From IMG/VR virus record IMGVR_UViG_3300035498_000327, positions 1 through 64,000 of that record: a DNA stretch of 64,000 bases; one strand, given 5' to 3'. The notes below the pieces were generated by a model, which had not been told where the DNA came from, made no database searches, and saw nothing but the letters and a program-made list of their open reading frames with translations. The position numbers and the translations under genes were made by a program. Below are positions 30,072-39,389 of this stretch, piece by piece (position 1 is the stretch's first letter; each line of letters opens with the position of its first letter). Source of the DNA: a virus (Duplodnaviria; Caudoviricetes).

Positions 30072-33000
30072 ATGATACTTACAGAGAGTAACACAATAGC
30101 AGCATATAAGAAAAGTATGTCTGATTGTGTTAGATTGTTTATGCCTTATGTATCAGAAGAAGACTTAAGTAATGTACTAGATTACTCAGTACAGAAGCGC
30201 TTCAGAGATGCAAATTGTAAGGTGGTCAACTCATATACGAATAAGACTGCCGACATGACACTCTTAGCAGTGTCGGACTATATAATGAAGAGAGAGCCTA
30301 TAGTCACAGCATACGGTACTATGTTTAGACATCATGGAACTGTGCCTAATCCATTAGCAGCTGTAGTGCAAGGCTTTCTTGACAAACGTTCAGAAGATAA
30401 AGCAATGATGTTTAAATTTCCAAAAGGTTCAGAGGATTTTGAGAAGTATAACCTGCTACAGTCCTTAACTAAAAAGGTCCAGGGACATATGGGAAGTGAT
30501 TCTCATATACAAACTGTCTTAACGGCTGGAAAGCTCTAATGACTAAATAGCTACAACGTAATGAGAGATCATAAGCGTGAATGCGACCGAAAGGTAGAAA
30601 GAATATTTAGTATAAGTATATGGTGATAGTAAGCCTAAGTACTTGAATAATGAGTAATCAGCTTCTAAGTTTTAGTTGATTCAACTATTAAAAGATCAAC
30701 GACTATCGAAAGGTAGACAACCATGCAGTAGAAATACGAAATAGAGTGTAGCTTAAATTTGGAATCTAGGTGGTTTGAGAATAAGGTATAGAGATATACA
30801 CGAACTGAGTAGAGTAGAGCCTTATATAGGTTAGTATTAGAGTGAGATTAGCTCTATGTGAATCTATTAAATCGAAAGAGACAGTATCTCTGTGATATGG
30901 TAACAGTATCACAGAGATAAAAATATAGTCTAAGTGTAAACGTGGACAAGATAGATGCCAACGGTATGAAGATAGATACAACTATTGAATTGCTGCCTGG
31001 GCTCGAAAGGGTCAAGTGATAAGACCAAGAAATTCTCTGGGACGGGCTAAAGATCTAAGTGCCTCTTATTGAGGAAGCGAAAGCGAAAAGTCTAAAGACT
31101 TAGATATGGTATAAGGTGATAGTAAGCCTAAGTACTCTTCATCAAAATGCCCTACCAGCAGCCAGCCTAATGTGAGAGCATTAGTAGGTTCATCGACTAA
31201 GAATTTTTGGCGTCGGCTATCATTCATGATAGTTTTCTGTAGGGTACAAGCGTATCCGAAACCTGGTCTACCTAAGTGAGCTTAGGCTCATATGGTAAAG
31301 ATATAGTCAGTGCTAACGAGAAATACGTTAGAAGGTTAGATAGTAGCGCATCTAATCGCAACACAACAGATTTATGGCGTACTAGGTATGTATACAAGTC
31401 TAGTATACAATATCAATACAGCAACTAGTATTACATCACAAGGTAGAAGCCTTGTATCTTCTATGACAATGTTCTTCGAGAGCTTCTTAGCGAACAATGT
31501 GAAGTTTGGAAGCATAAACGAAGTTCTTACTTTTATCAATAACGTGAAGAGTGAGAGGCCTAATAGGAAGTATAACGATTGGGTCGTATTAGACAATCCT
31601 AATATATCTGTAGCAGACTGTTTTGTTAAGGTAGTAATGAGCTGTGGATATAGATGGATTCCAGATGATAATGAGTTAGAGATTATCTGGCAGGCTATAC
31701 AGAACTTATGTCAGGAAGACATTAACAGGGTATACTATAAGAACAACTTGTATGAGTTTATGGAAAACAGTACACTGAGGAGAGCTGTAAAAACTATTAT
31801 GCTTAGTCTTAAGGAGCCATTCATGAATCCTAATAAGCCTCCGAAGAATGTGATTCCTATGCTCGATGAGTTGACTGAGCTGATGAGAGAGTATGTATAC
31901 TATCGGTATATGTATATAGACAGAATAGACAGATGTGATAATATGATCAAGTCTGTTACTCTTGTGTCCGATACAGATAGTACTATTATATCTCTTGATG
32001 CTTGGTATAGGTATAACCTTGAGCATCTTAAGGATGTAGACTTCCCTATCAAGAAGATAGTAGAAGATCCAATATACCAGATAGAAAGAGATGAGTTTGG
32101 AGATATTGTTGATAAGAACTATCTGAATCCAATAGAAGAAATAGAGGTGAAGTACGATTACGATTTCTTCTCAGATGAGTTGATTGAGCTGGAGCATACT
32201 ACAAATCCATTAGTAGTATTACCTCAGGACAATATACGGCATAGTATTCTCAATATACTGGCTTATGTATTAGATAAGCTAGTGAATGATTATATGATGA
32301 AGTATTGTTTCAATAACAACTCATACAGAAATGATGAGATTAGAAAGTGTAAGATCATAGCTAAGAATGAGTTTCTCATGAAGCGACTTCTAATGACACC
32401 TGTTAAGAAGTCTTACGCAACGTTGCAAGAGGTGCAAGAAGGTAATCTGGTACCACAAGATAAGCAGCTTGATATCAAAGGTATTGCTTCTATGGCTAAA
32501 TCTAGTATGGCTGAGAGTACTAGACATGCACTTAAGAAGATATTGTATGAGGATATCATGAATACTCCAGTGATAGATCAGTTCAAGATAATAAAGCATG
32601 TTGCTATACTGGAGAAGCAGATAATCAATTCCTTGTATGATGGGTCTAAGGAGTTCTATAGACCAGTAACAATCAAGTCAATGTCTTCATACTCAGATCC
32701 AATGAGGATTCAAGGTATCAAAGCATCTGTTGTATGGAATGCCTTAAAGGATGAAGCATTGCCAGCCATCAATCTTGATGAAAGGAATGCTGTAGATATA
32801 GCTAAGGTTAAGATAACACCTAATACATTGCTGGAAATCAAAGAGAAGCATCCAGAGGTGTATGAGAAGGCTTCAGAGTTACTTAAAGAGAAAGCTTTCA
32901 AAGGTTGTATAGACAGTATAGCTATTCCATTAGACACAGAAGTGCCAGAGTGGTTACTTGATCTTCTTGACTACAATACAATCGTAAATGATAACGTGGG

Positions 33001-33079
33001 TGGTTTCGTTTACGATAGCGTAGGTATAAAGAGGTTCGGAAGAACAAGGGTAAACTATACAAACATCTTACAATTATAA
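30072..33079 (+). CDS. Family B DNA polymerase, palm/thumb half of a split enzyme, spliced: join(30072..30465,30943..30965,31370..33079), 708 aa
   Basis: Splicing yields QSLDKIDANGIYG (motif B, Q-x3-K-x3-N-x2-YG); motif C is SDTDS; the 2127 nt are in frame. Confidence 0.9.
30466..30942 (+). ncRNA. Group I intron (ORF-less, IA-like), 477 nt
   Basis: IGS GGGAC (30482-30486) pairs with exon end GTCCT including the U.G pair; P3 ACTGTC/GACAGT; P7 ACGACTA (30699-30705)/TAGTCT (30926-30931); terminal G. Confidence 0.9.
30966..31369 (+). ncRNA. Group I intron (ORF-less), 404 nt
   Basis: Exon ends in T and intron ends in G; P7 TCGACTA (31193-31199)/TAGTCA (31304-31309); canonical S element AAGATATAGTC; P3 GACCA/TGGTC. 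P1 pairing is less clear. Confidence 0.87.
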
Positions 33080-33093
33080 GGAGGATATAAGAA

Positions 33094-33429
33094 ATGGTAT
33101 ATAAAATAATTACATTATGTGGGTCAGCAAAGTTTAGAGACAAGGTTCCTGAGATATTCAAGGAATTGACTAAGCAGAAGTATATTGTTATTACTCCATA
33201 CTTCTTTGGCCCTAATGAGCAAGATGAATTAGAGCCTATATTAGAGGATCTTGAATACATGCATTTCCAGCGTATAGATATGGCTGATGCTTGCTTTGTA
33301 GTCAACCCAGATGGTTATATAGGTAAGAGTACTCTTATAGAAATTAAGTGGGCATATGCTCATGGTAAAAAAGTATTTTACCTTTCCGAGTATCCGGATA
33401 TGATAATACCTGAGGAAGCATGGAATTAG
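33094..33429 (+). CDS. Nucleoside 2-deoxyribosyltransferase-like protein
   Basis: IITLCGS...HFQRIDMAD..FVVN.DGYIGKST..EI.WAY..GK.V pattern. Confidence 0.65.
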   Translation: MVYKIITLCGSAKFRDKVPEIFKELTKQKYIVITPYFFGPNEQDELEPILEDLEYMHFQRIDMADACFVVNPDGYIGKSTLIEIKWAYAHGKKVFYLSEYPDMIIPEEAWN

Positions 33430-33657
33430 GTGTAGATATAAGGATCTATCAGTTTTCGTACATTTAGAGTAAGGGAGGTGGAAACATTAAAGTAAAATCG
33501 TGATAAGACATCAAATCGATGAAAGAAAATACTTCTTTTGATCGATCTGTTTATATAGAGATCTGCGGCCTGCAGTGGTTTTGACATAATGTACTAGTAG
33601 AGTATTAATCACTTATAATAGTGATATACTATATAAATGCATGAAAGGAGATTTTTC

Positions 33658-33816
33658 ATGGCCAAAGAAATTGGTTTGATTTGTGAGCAGGGTGATATGG
33701 GGCTTTTCTATGATCCGCTGAATGAATCTGACCGGAAACTTTATGAACAGCAGAGAAAACAGAAGGAAAAAGGACATAAGTCCAACTCTGCAAGTAACGA
33801 GAGTGGTAAGCGGTAG
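33658..33816 (+). CDS. 52-aa protein
   Basis: AAGGAG SD, MAKEIGLICEQGDMG...; followed by a hairpin; not in the ORF track. Confidence 0.55.
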   Translation: MAKEIGLICEQGDMGLFYDPLNESDRKLYEQQRKQKEKGHKSNSASNESGKR

Positions 33817-33860
33817 TAATACTGCTTACCATTTTTTGATTGTCGAGGAGGTTAAATATC

Positions 33861-34748
33861 ATGACAACAGAAATGCAACCAAGAAACAATAGCACTATTG
33901 GGGAAATCAGTAGTAAGCAGGAGGCACGATACAGAAGAAACATGTTCATCATGAAGATTCTGTGTGCTTTCTGCTTACTCGCAGCAGCTTTAGTCATCAT
34001 GAATGACAGAGACACAACAAAGCAACTTTTAGAAGCACAGGCTAAGTATGATGAACTCCTGTCAGAAAAAGAGGCCTTGACTTCTGACTACAATGAGCTT
34101 TATGAAACATATGAAGCTATGTACTCCGACTACACTAGTAGTTTGGAGTACGTTTCACAGTGTGAAACAACAATTCAACAGCTTAATGAGGTTGTTGATG
34201 AGCTTGATGAGCAGGCTAAAAGCTTAGCTACATCAAACGAGGAGTACTATCAGACAATCCAACAATATGAACAAAGGGAAGAGCTATTCGACAAATACGA
34301 ATACGCTATAGAGAGAACTAACGGGACACGTACTGATATTACTTATGAACAATTGATCAATCTTGAAGAGTTAACAGCGGAAAAGAATGTTGACACAGAC
34401 CTGGTACTCTCAATATGTATGGTTGAGAGCAATGGCATCGAGGATGCCAAGAATCCTATATCTACAGCAAGAGGCTATGGACAGTTCCTTGCAAGCAGTG
34501 GTAAATATGTTTACGAAGATATTATGGAAGCCGGTGTATATGATCATAGTTATGCATTAAACGGAGACACGAATTTTACAATGATGGTATATTACTTAGA
34601 CTACCTTGAAGATAAGTTTAGTGGCAATCTGTATAAGTGCATAGAGTTCTACCGAGGACGAGATGGGGAGATACTTGAAGATTACATGGAAAAGATAAAC
34701 AGTTTTCTAAACAACAGTAGCAAGAGCATAGCTTCATTGAACTCTTGA
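33861..34748 (+). CDS. Membrane-anchored coiled-coil lytic transglycosylase (SLT-like)
   Basis: N-terminal hydrophobic helix, about 100-aa coiled coil, LVLSICMVES and ARGYGQF SLT motifs. Confidence 0.75.
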   Translation: MTTEMQPRNNSTIGEISSKQEARYRRNMFIMKILCAFCLLAAALVIMNDRDTTKQLLEAQAKYDELLSEKEALTSDYNELYETYEAMYSDYTSSLEYVSQCETTIQQLNEVVDELDEQAKSLATSNEEYYQTIQQYEQREELFDKYEYAIERTNGTRTDITYEQLINLEELTAEKNVDTDLVLSICMVESNGIEDAKNPISTARGYGQFLASSGKYVYEDIMEAGVYDHSYALNGDTNFTMMVYYLDYLEDKFSGNLYKCIEFYRGRDGEILEDYMEKINSFLNNSSKSIASLNS

Positions 34749-34914
34749 CGTCGTCGGTGTTTGTATATATAAACACATAAGGAGTAAAGGAGGAATGTAG
34801 TTTATAGTTCCAACTGAATAGTGTGATATATTGGCCGAAGGTGTTATAATAGTACACCTTCGGCTTTTATATGATAGAATAAAAATTTTTATATCCAAAA
34901 GGAGGACAAAGACA

Positions 34915-36072
34915 ATGAATGAAAACATGAAAGCACTGATTATCGGTGTAGGAGCAGCAGGAAACAAGGCAGTGCTCACAGTACAGCAGATGAATGCGGA
35001 GATCGCGTTAGAAGATATCATCCTTGTAAACAGTACACCAAAAGATATACCAGCTGATTTTGCTGGTACCAGCATTATCATCAGCCCAGATGATTCTGGC
35101 TGTGGTAAAGAAAGAACCATTGCTAAAGAGTTTACCCTTACAGCAATCCAGTCCGGTAAGTTTGACATCGCAGAGAAGGTAGAGAGTTATGATATAATCA
35201 TCATTGTAACCTCACTTGAAGGCGGTACTGGATCTGGTTCTGCTCCTATAATTGCGAAGTACTGCAATGAGGTACTTGGCAAGAATACTCACCTTATCGG
35301 ATTCACTGGATTCGAGGAAGACGCCAGAGGCTTACAGAATACAGTAGAGTTCTTCCAGGAAGTAGGTAGCAATATCATGGTTCAGTGTATCCAGAATAAG
35401 TCTTTCCTTAAGAGCTGTGGAGGAAGCAAGTTCAAGGCAGAGCAGGCAGCAAACCGTGAGCTGGCAAACAGAATCAGAATCCTGGATGGAAGTTTATTAA
35501 GAGCCTCCGAGCAGAATATTGATTCTACAGATATCTACAAGGTGGTGAACACTAATGGTTATATGACCATTGAGTCCGAGACAATCAAGGGTTCTCTTGA
35601 TGATGTCTCTAACTTCAACAAGCTTTGTGAGATGATGATCTACAATAGTAAATCTCTCAAGAGCTCTGATCCTGGTCAGGTACGTATGGCTGTTATCATG
35701 AATATCAGCCCTGTATCTGAAGACTTTATCGACAGTAACTTTACACTGTTGAAAGATGCATATGGATATCCTTATGAGTGCTTCATGCATAAACAGTATG
35801 ATGAATCTCAGCCGGAGTACATAGCTTTCATCTCTTCTGGACAGAAGATGCCATTAGATGAGGTTAAAGCAATATACGACAGATACGTTGAAGAGTCTAG
35901 TAAGGTCAGCAGATCTAACGACAAGTTCTTCGACGAAGTAGCCGGATTTAAAGGAAACAAGGACGATAACAAATTTAATATGGGTCGTCCTACTCAGAAG
36001 ACCACAGTAAATAAAGCGGATTTCATGAAGCAGTTCCAGACGAAACCGACGAAAAACGAAAAGAAGGGATAA
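34915..36072 (+). CDS. phuZ: Tubulin/FtsZ-family GTPase (PhuZ/TubZ-like)
   Basis: IIGVGAAGN, VNST, GCGK, EGGTGSG signature; GGAGG SD before ATG 34915. Confidence 0.88.
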   Translation: MNENMKALIIGVGAAGNKAVLTVQQMNAEIALEDIILVNSTPKDIPADFAGTSIIISPDDSGCGKERTIAKEFTLTAIQSGKFDIAEKVESYDIIIIVTSLEGGTGSGSAPIIAKYCNEVLGKNTHLIGFTGFEEDARGLQNTVEFFQEVGSNIMVQCIQNKSFLKSCGGSKFKAEQAANRELANRIRILDGSLLRASEQNIDSTDIYKVVNTNGYMTIESETIKGSLDDVSNFNKLCEMMIYNSKSLKSSDPGQVRMAVIMNISPVSEDFIDSNFTLLKDAYGYPYECFMHKQYDESQPEYIAFISSGQKMPLDEVKAIYDRYVEESSKVSRSNDKFFDEVAGFKGNKDDNKFNMGRPTQKTTVNKADFMKQFQTKPTKNEKKG

Positions 36073-36075
36073 GAT

Positions 36076-36951
36076 ATGTTCCAGAGCTTAAGGAGAGACT
36101 CAGTGCAGCAATGTGCTGAGTCTCCAAAGATAATGCCTAAGTTTACAAGTGTGGAGTACACAATGGCAACTCTATTGGATAAGTTGAAGAATATCAATGC
36201 GTTGACGGATAAGGATATCCAGGATATCATTTATCGTCAATACGATACGATTCTCAACTACGATTTATTTTTAGCAAGCAGCGAGTCTAGAGCTGTAGCT
36301 CAAGAGTTGTTTACTAATGAGAGGTTCTTGAATAGCTTGATTGTATGTGTTCCTAACTTGAATCTTAATGAACACCAGATCATATGTTGCAACAAGCTTG
36401 CTTATGACTATATCGCATTACACTCGGCTACAGACTGTAATCAGGTTATAAGAGACCTGCTTATGGAACTTAGCTTTAGAGTAAACCTTAAGACAGTACT
36501 AGCTCTATCAGCTATCATAGGGTTAGATAACGCAAAGTACTTAGCTATGCTAAGGAAGTCATCTTTCAGGGAAGACAAGAATGTAAAGAGAGTCAATAGA
36601 TTCTTGATTATGTCTGGTCTTGAGTTACTTGAGCAGAATATGATAGACATATACTGCAAGATGTTTGATAGCATTTCAATCTTATTCACGACAACAATGT
36701 TTAGCTTACCAGAGCCTAATTACACAAAATTAGAGCTTATTAGATACGAAGAAATGTCAAAAGCAATGATTGACATGATAGACAGTATGCCTAGTGTAGA
36801 AATTAAGGCTGTACTGTCTAATTACGCAAGTTCATACTCTATAAATGGAGAGCCTCCTATAAGATTCAGTATGAGAAACATACATCAGTCTTATGTGAGA
36901 ATCAATAGAGTGATAAGTGAACTACTCGATGATGGGATTATTGTACCATAA
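36076..36951 (+). CDS. Hypothetical helical protein
   Basis: 291 aa, 3 bp after the tubulin stop. Confidence 0.65.
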   Translation: MFQSLRRDSVQQCAESPKIMPKFTSVEYTMATLLDKLKNINALTDKDIQDIIYRQYDTILNYDLFLASSESRAVAQELFTNERFLNSLIVCVPNLNLNEHQIICCNKLAYDYIALHSATDCNQVIRDLLMELSFRVNLKTVLALSAIIGLDNAKYLAMLRKSSFREDKNVKRVNRFLIMSGLELLEQNMIDIYCKMFDSISILFTTTMFSLPEPNYTKLELIRYEEMSKAMIDMIDSMPSVEIKAVLSNYASSYSINGEPPIRFSMRNIHQSYVRINRVISELLDDGIIVP

Positions 36952-37043
36952 AGAGAGGGTAGGGGCAATCCCACCCTCCCCTTTAGTCAGTTTTCTTACT
37001 CCAGAACACTATAATAATTACAGTTAGAAGGAGGAAGGATACC

Positions 37044-38228
37044 ATGAATTATGATAAGGTCACCTCAGTCATAGTTAATAAGCTGTACCCTAAGGTAGAA
37101 GCTTCTTTAGATAAAAACGCTAATGCTTTGAAAAAGGTTATATCTAACTTCATTAACAAGAACTACGATCTGTTGTATGCTACTGCACCATATGACAGAA
37201 TATACTTTAATCAGAACGATATTGATGCTATCTTTGGAGCATTGAAGTTCACTGAGAAGGAGGCTATAGATATCCTAGAGGAGACATTCTTCTGGGAATT
37301 ACCTTATAACCCTCAGTGTGCAAAGGAACCATACGTGGAAGTGCTACTCATGAGTATAAGATACATGCTTAAGAAAGGTAGACAGAAAGATGCAGAGTTA
37401 GTAACGATCTATCTCGCATTCTCTGGTAAGTTCTATTCTTCTGTGCATGGTCTTATGTTCCCATTAGCGCCTCCATCTAAGTACCCAGCAGTAATGGACT
37501 ATGTAGTAAACAATATGCTTACTGAGAAATTTGACCTGAGGAAGTATGGAACTGTATTTGGAGCTATAAGATCTCTATGTATTACATGGTTGAATACGTA
37601 TGCTAGTGAGCTTAAGGGTAAGCCGGATGATGAGCGCTGTGGTAAGCTACTTCAGCAGTTACGTGATAGAGAGCGTTCATTCATGTACAATATCAAAGAC
37701 CTCTACTATGAGGCATATCATAACAAGTTGTACTTGAACTATGAGACAGACAATTTGGAAAGTGGTGCCGAGTTCAGAATCACTGACAACGATGCTCAGA
37801 AGGCAGCTAGATATACTGAGAATGCAGTAAACTATCTTGTATCGAATGCTGTATCGTTGCAGATATGCAATAAGTGTAAGGACCAGAACATCAAAGCTAC
37901 AGAGATCAAAGATATCATGGAAGCTATAGTGTCTAACAACGATAACCTTCCTGCATTAAGAAGGGTAATCAATATCCTTATCTGTGACTTCATGAGAAAC
38001 TATAGTGGAAAGCCTATATCATCAGTGGAGTTCATATCACATAGTATCAAGGCTAAACCTAATACTAAGGATAAGTATATCATAGAGCTTAAGGAAACTA
38101 TAGCTAGTTGGCTGGATGAAAACTCAGAGAACTACAGAAGACGTAAGAGCAGGATATCTACACAGAACTCTTACCAGAAAGCAATACTTATGTATATAGT
38201 ACTGATTATAAATCAGACATCGAAGTAA
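37044..38228 (+). CDS. Hypothetical protein
   Basis: 394 aa, GGAGG SD, late-promoter motif at 37005. Confidence 0.65.
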   Translation: MNYDKVTSVIVNKLYPKVEASLDKNANALKKVISNFINKNYDLLYATAPYDRIYFNQNDIDAIFGALKFTEKEAIDILEETFFWELPYNPQCAKEPYVEVLLMSIRYMLKKGRQKDAELVTIYLAFSGKFYSSVHGLMFPLAPPSKYPAVMDYVVNNMLTEKFDLRKYGTVFGAIRSLCITWLNTYASELKGKPDDERCGKLLQQLRDRERSFMYNIKDLYYEAYHNKLYLNYETDNLESGAEFRITDNDAQKAARYTENAVNYLVSNAVSLQICNKCKDQNIKATEIKDIMEAIVSNNDNLPALRRVINILICDFMRNYSGKPISSVEFISHSIKAKPNTKDKYIIELKETIASWLDENSENYRRRKSRISTQNSYQKAILMYIVLIINQTSK

Positions 38229-38296
38229 GATACGTGGAGGTGGTTTTTCATAATCACCTCCACTTCATTGTAATTAAACAAGGAGGAGAAGGTAAT

Positions 38297-39349
38297 ATGA
38301 TAAAATTAAACGAGTATGGTAGATTGATAGAGCAATACTCATATACTTATATGCAAGGCAAACCTGTCATGATTAGTTATGATAAGTATAAGGAGGAATA
38401 CAAGTCGATTAATGAACCATTGAATAGTGAAAAGCATATATCAGTAGACGCTATAGGCAAAGAGACTTATTTGGTAGAAGCAACTACGTCTGATGGTAAG
38501 ACAGCATATGATGTAACTGGTAAACCTCAGCTCTATATCAATATATTAGAGGATAACTCACATGATCATAAGCCTGATGACATAGTAGTCTATAGATATG
38601 ATACAGCTGAAAACAAAGATAGAGAAACATACTATCTGAAGTTCAACTACTGTGGCAATAAGGTAGCTAATATAGCTGTTAACTATAAGAGAATAGCAGT
38701 TTATGATAAGCACGATAAGAAGCTTATGGTCTTTGATATCACTGATGACGGAGCGATTGACTTTGGTCGTACTCATGAGAAGATATACTTTAAAGACTAT
38801 GGTATTGTAGGTTCTACAGATGAGAAGGTATACTTTATAGATAATGATTACAACCAGTGGTCCTACTATATAAACGAAGACTATAGTTTTATAGAGCCGT
38901 TACAGCTAATGATTTATAAAGTTAATGGTCCATCCTTCGGCCATGACTTAAACCATGAAGAACTGTTATCTCAGTCTATAAGTTGTGGAGATCAACTAGA
39001 ATGTATAGCACAGTATGATGCAGACGGCATGGTAAGAATGGTTTATGAAACTAGTAGTAATTGCCCTCTATCTATGTATGAGAAAGCAACTTATGAAGAA
39101 GGGAACATCGAAAGTATGCATTGTGAACGTTCTGGATCTACTATTATATCAGTATATCCCACTATGCTCACAGAGAACCAAGACAACCTAAAGCACCAAT
39201 TCTTATCACTGTGGACTTATGATACATATTTCAAGGATACAGAAGGTAGACCAGAGCACTTTACCCGTCGGATATATCTGTTAGATAATCAAAAAAGAGA
39301 CCAGTTGATAGCAAATATTAGTTGTGCACGTATTTCGACCACAGACTAG
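38297..39349 (+). CDS. Hypothetical protein
   Basis: AGGAGG SD before ATG 38297. Confidence 0.6.
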   Translation: MIKLNEYGRLIEQYSYTYMQGKPVMISYDKYKEEYKSINEPLNSEKHISVDAIGKETYLVEATTSDGKTAYDVTGKPQLYINILEDNSHDHKPDDIVVYRYDTAENKDRETYYLKFNYCGNKVANIAVNYKRIAVYDKHDKKLMVFDITDDGAIDFGRTHEKIYFKDYGIVGSTDEKVYFIDNDYNQWSYYINEDYSFIEPLQLMIYKVNGPSFGHDLNHEELLSQSISCGDQLECIAQYDADGMVRMVYETSSNCPLSMYEKATYEEGNIESMHCERSGSTIISVYPTMLTENQDNLKHQFLSLWTYDTYFKDTEGRPEHFTRRIYLLDNQKRDQLIANISCARISTTD

Positions 39350-39356
39350 CAAAAGA

Positions 39357-39382
39357 GCCCATAGGAGTAAAATCCTATGGGC
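39357..39382. terminator. Hairpin between convergent genes
   Basis: GCCCATAGGA/TCCTATGGGC stem. Confidence 0.65.
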
Positions 39383-39389
39383 CTTAAGT

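Noticed and set aside
33500-33610. Small hairpins and a TTGACA hexamer downstream of a late-promoter motif
   Set aside because: The stems are short and the -10 match is poor; not enough to call an RNA or a sigma-A promoter.
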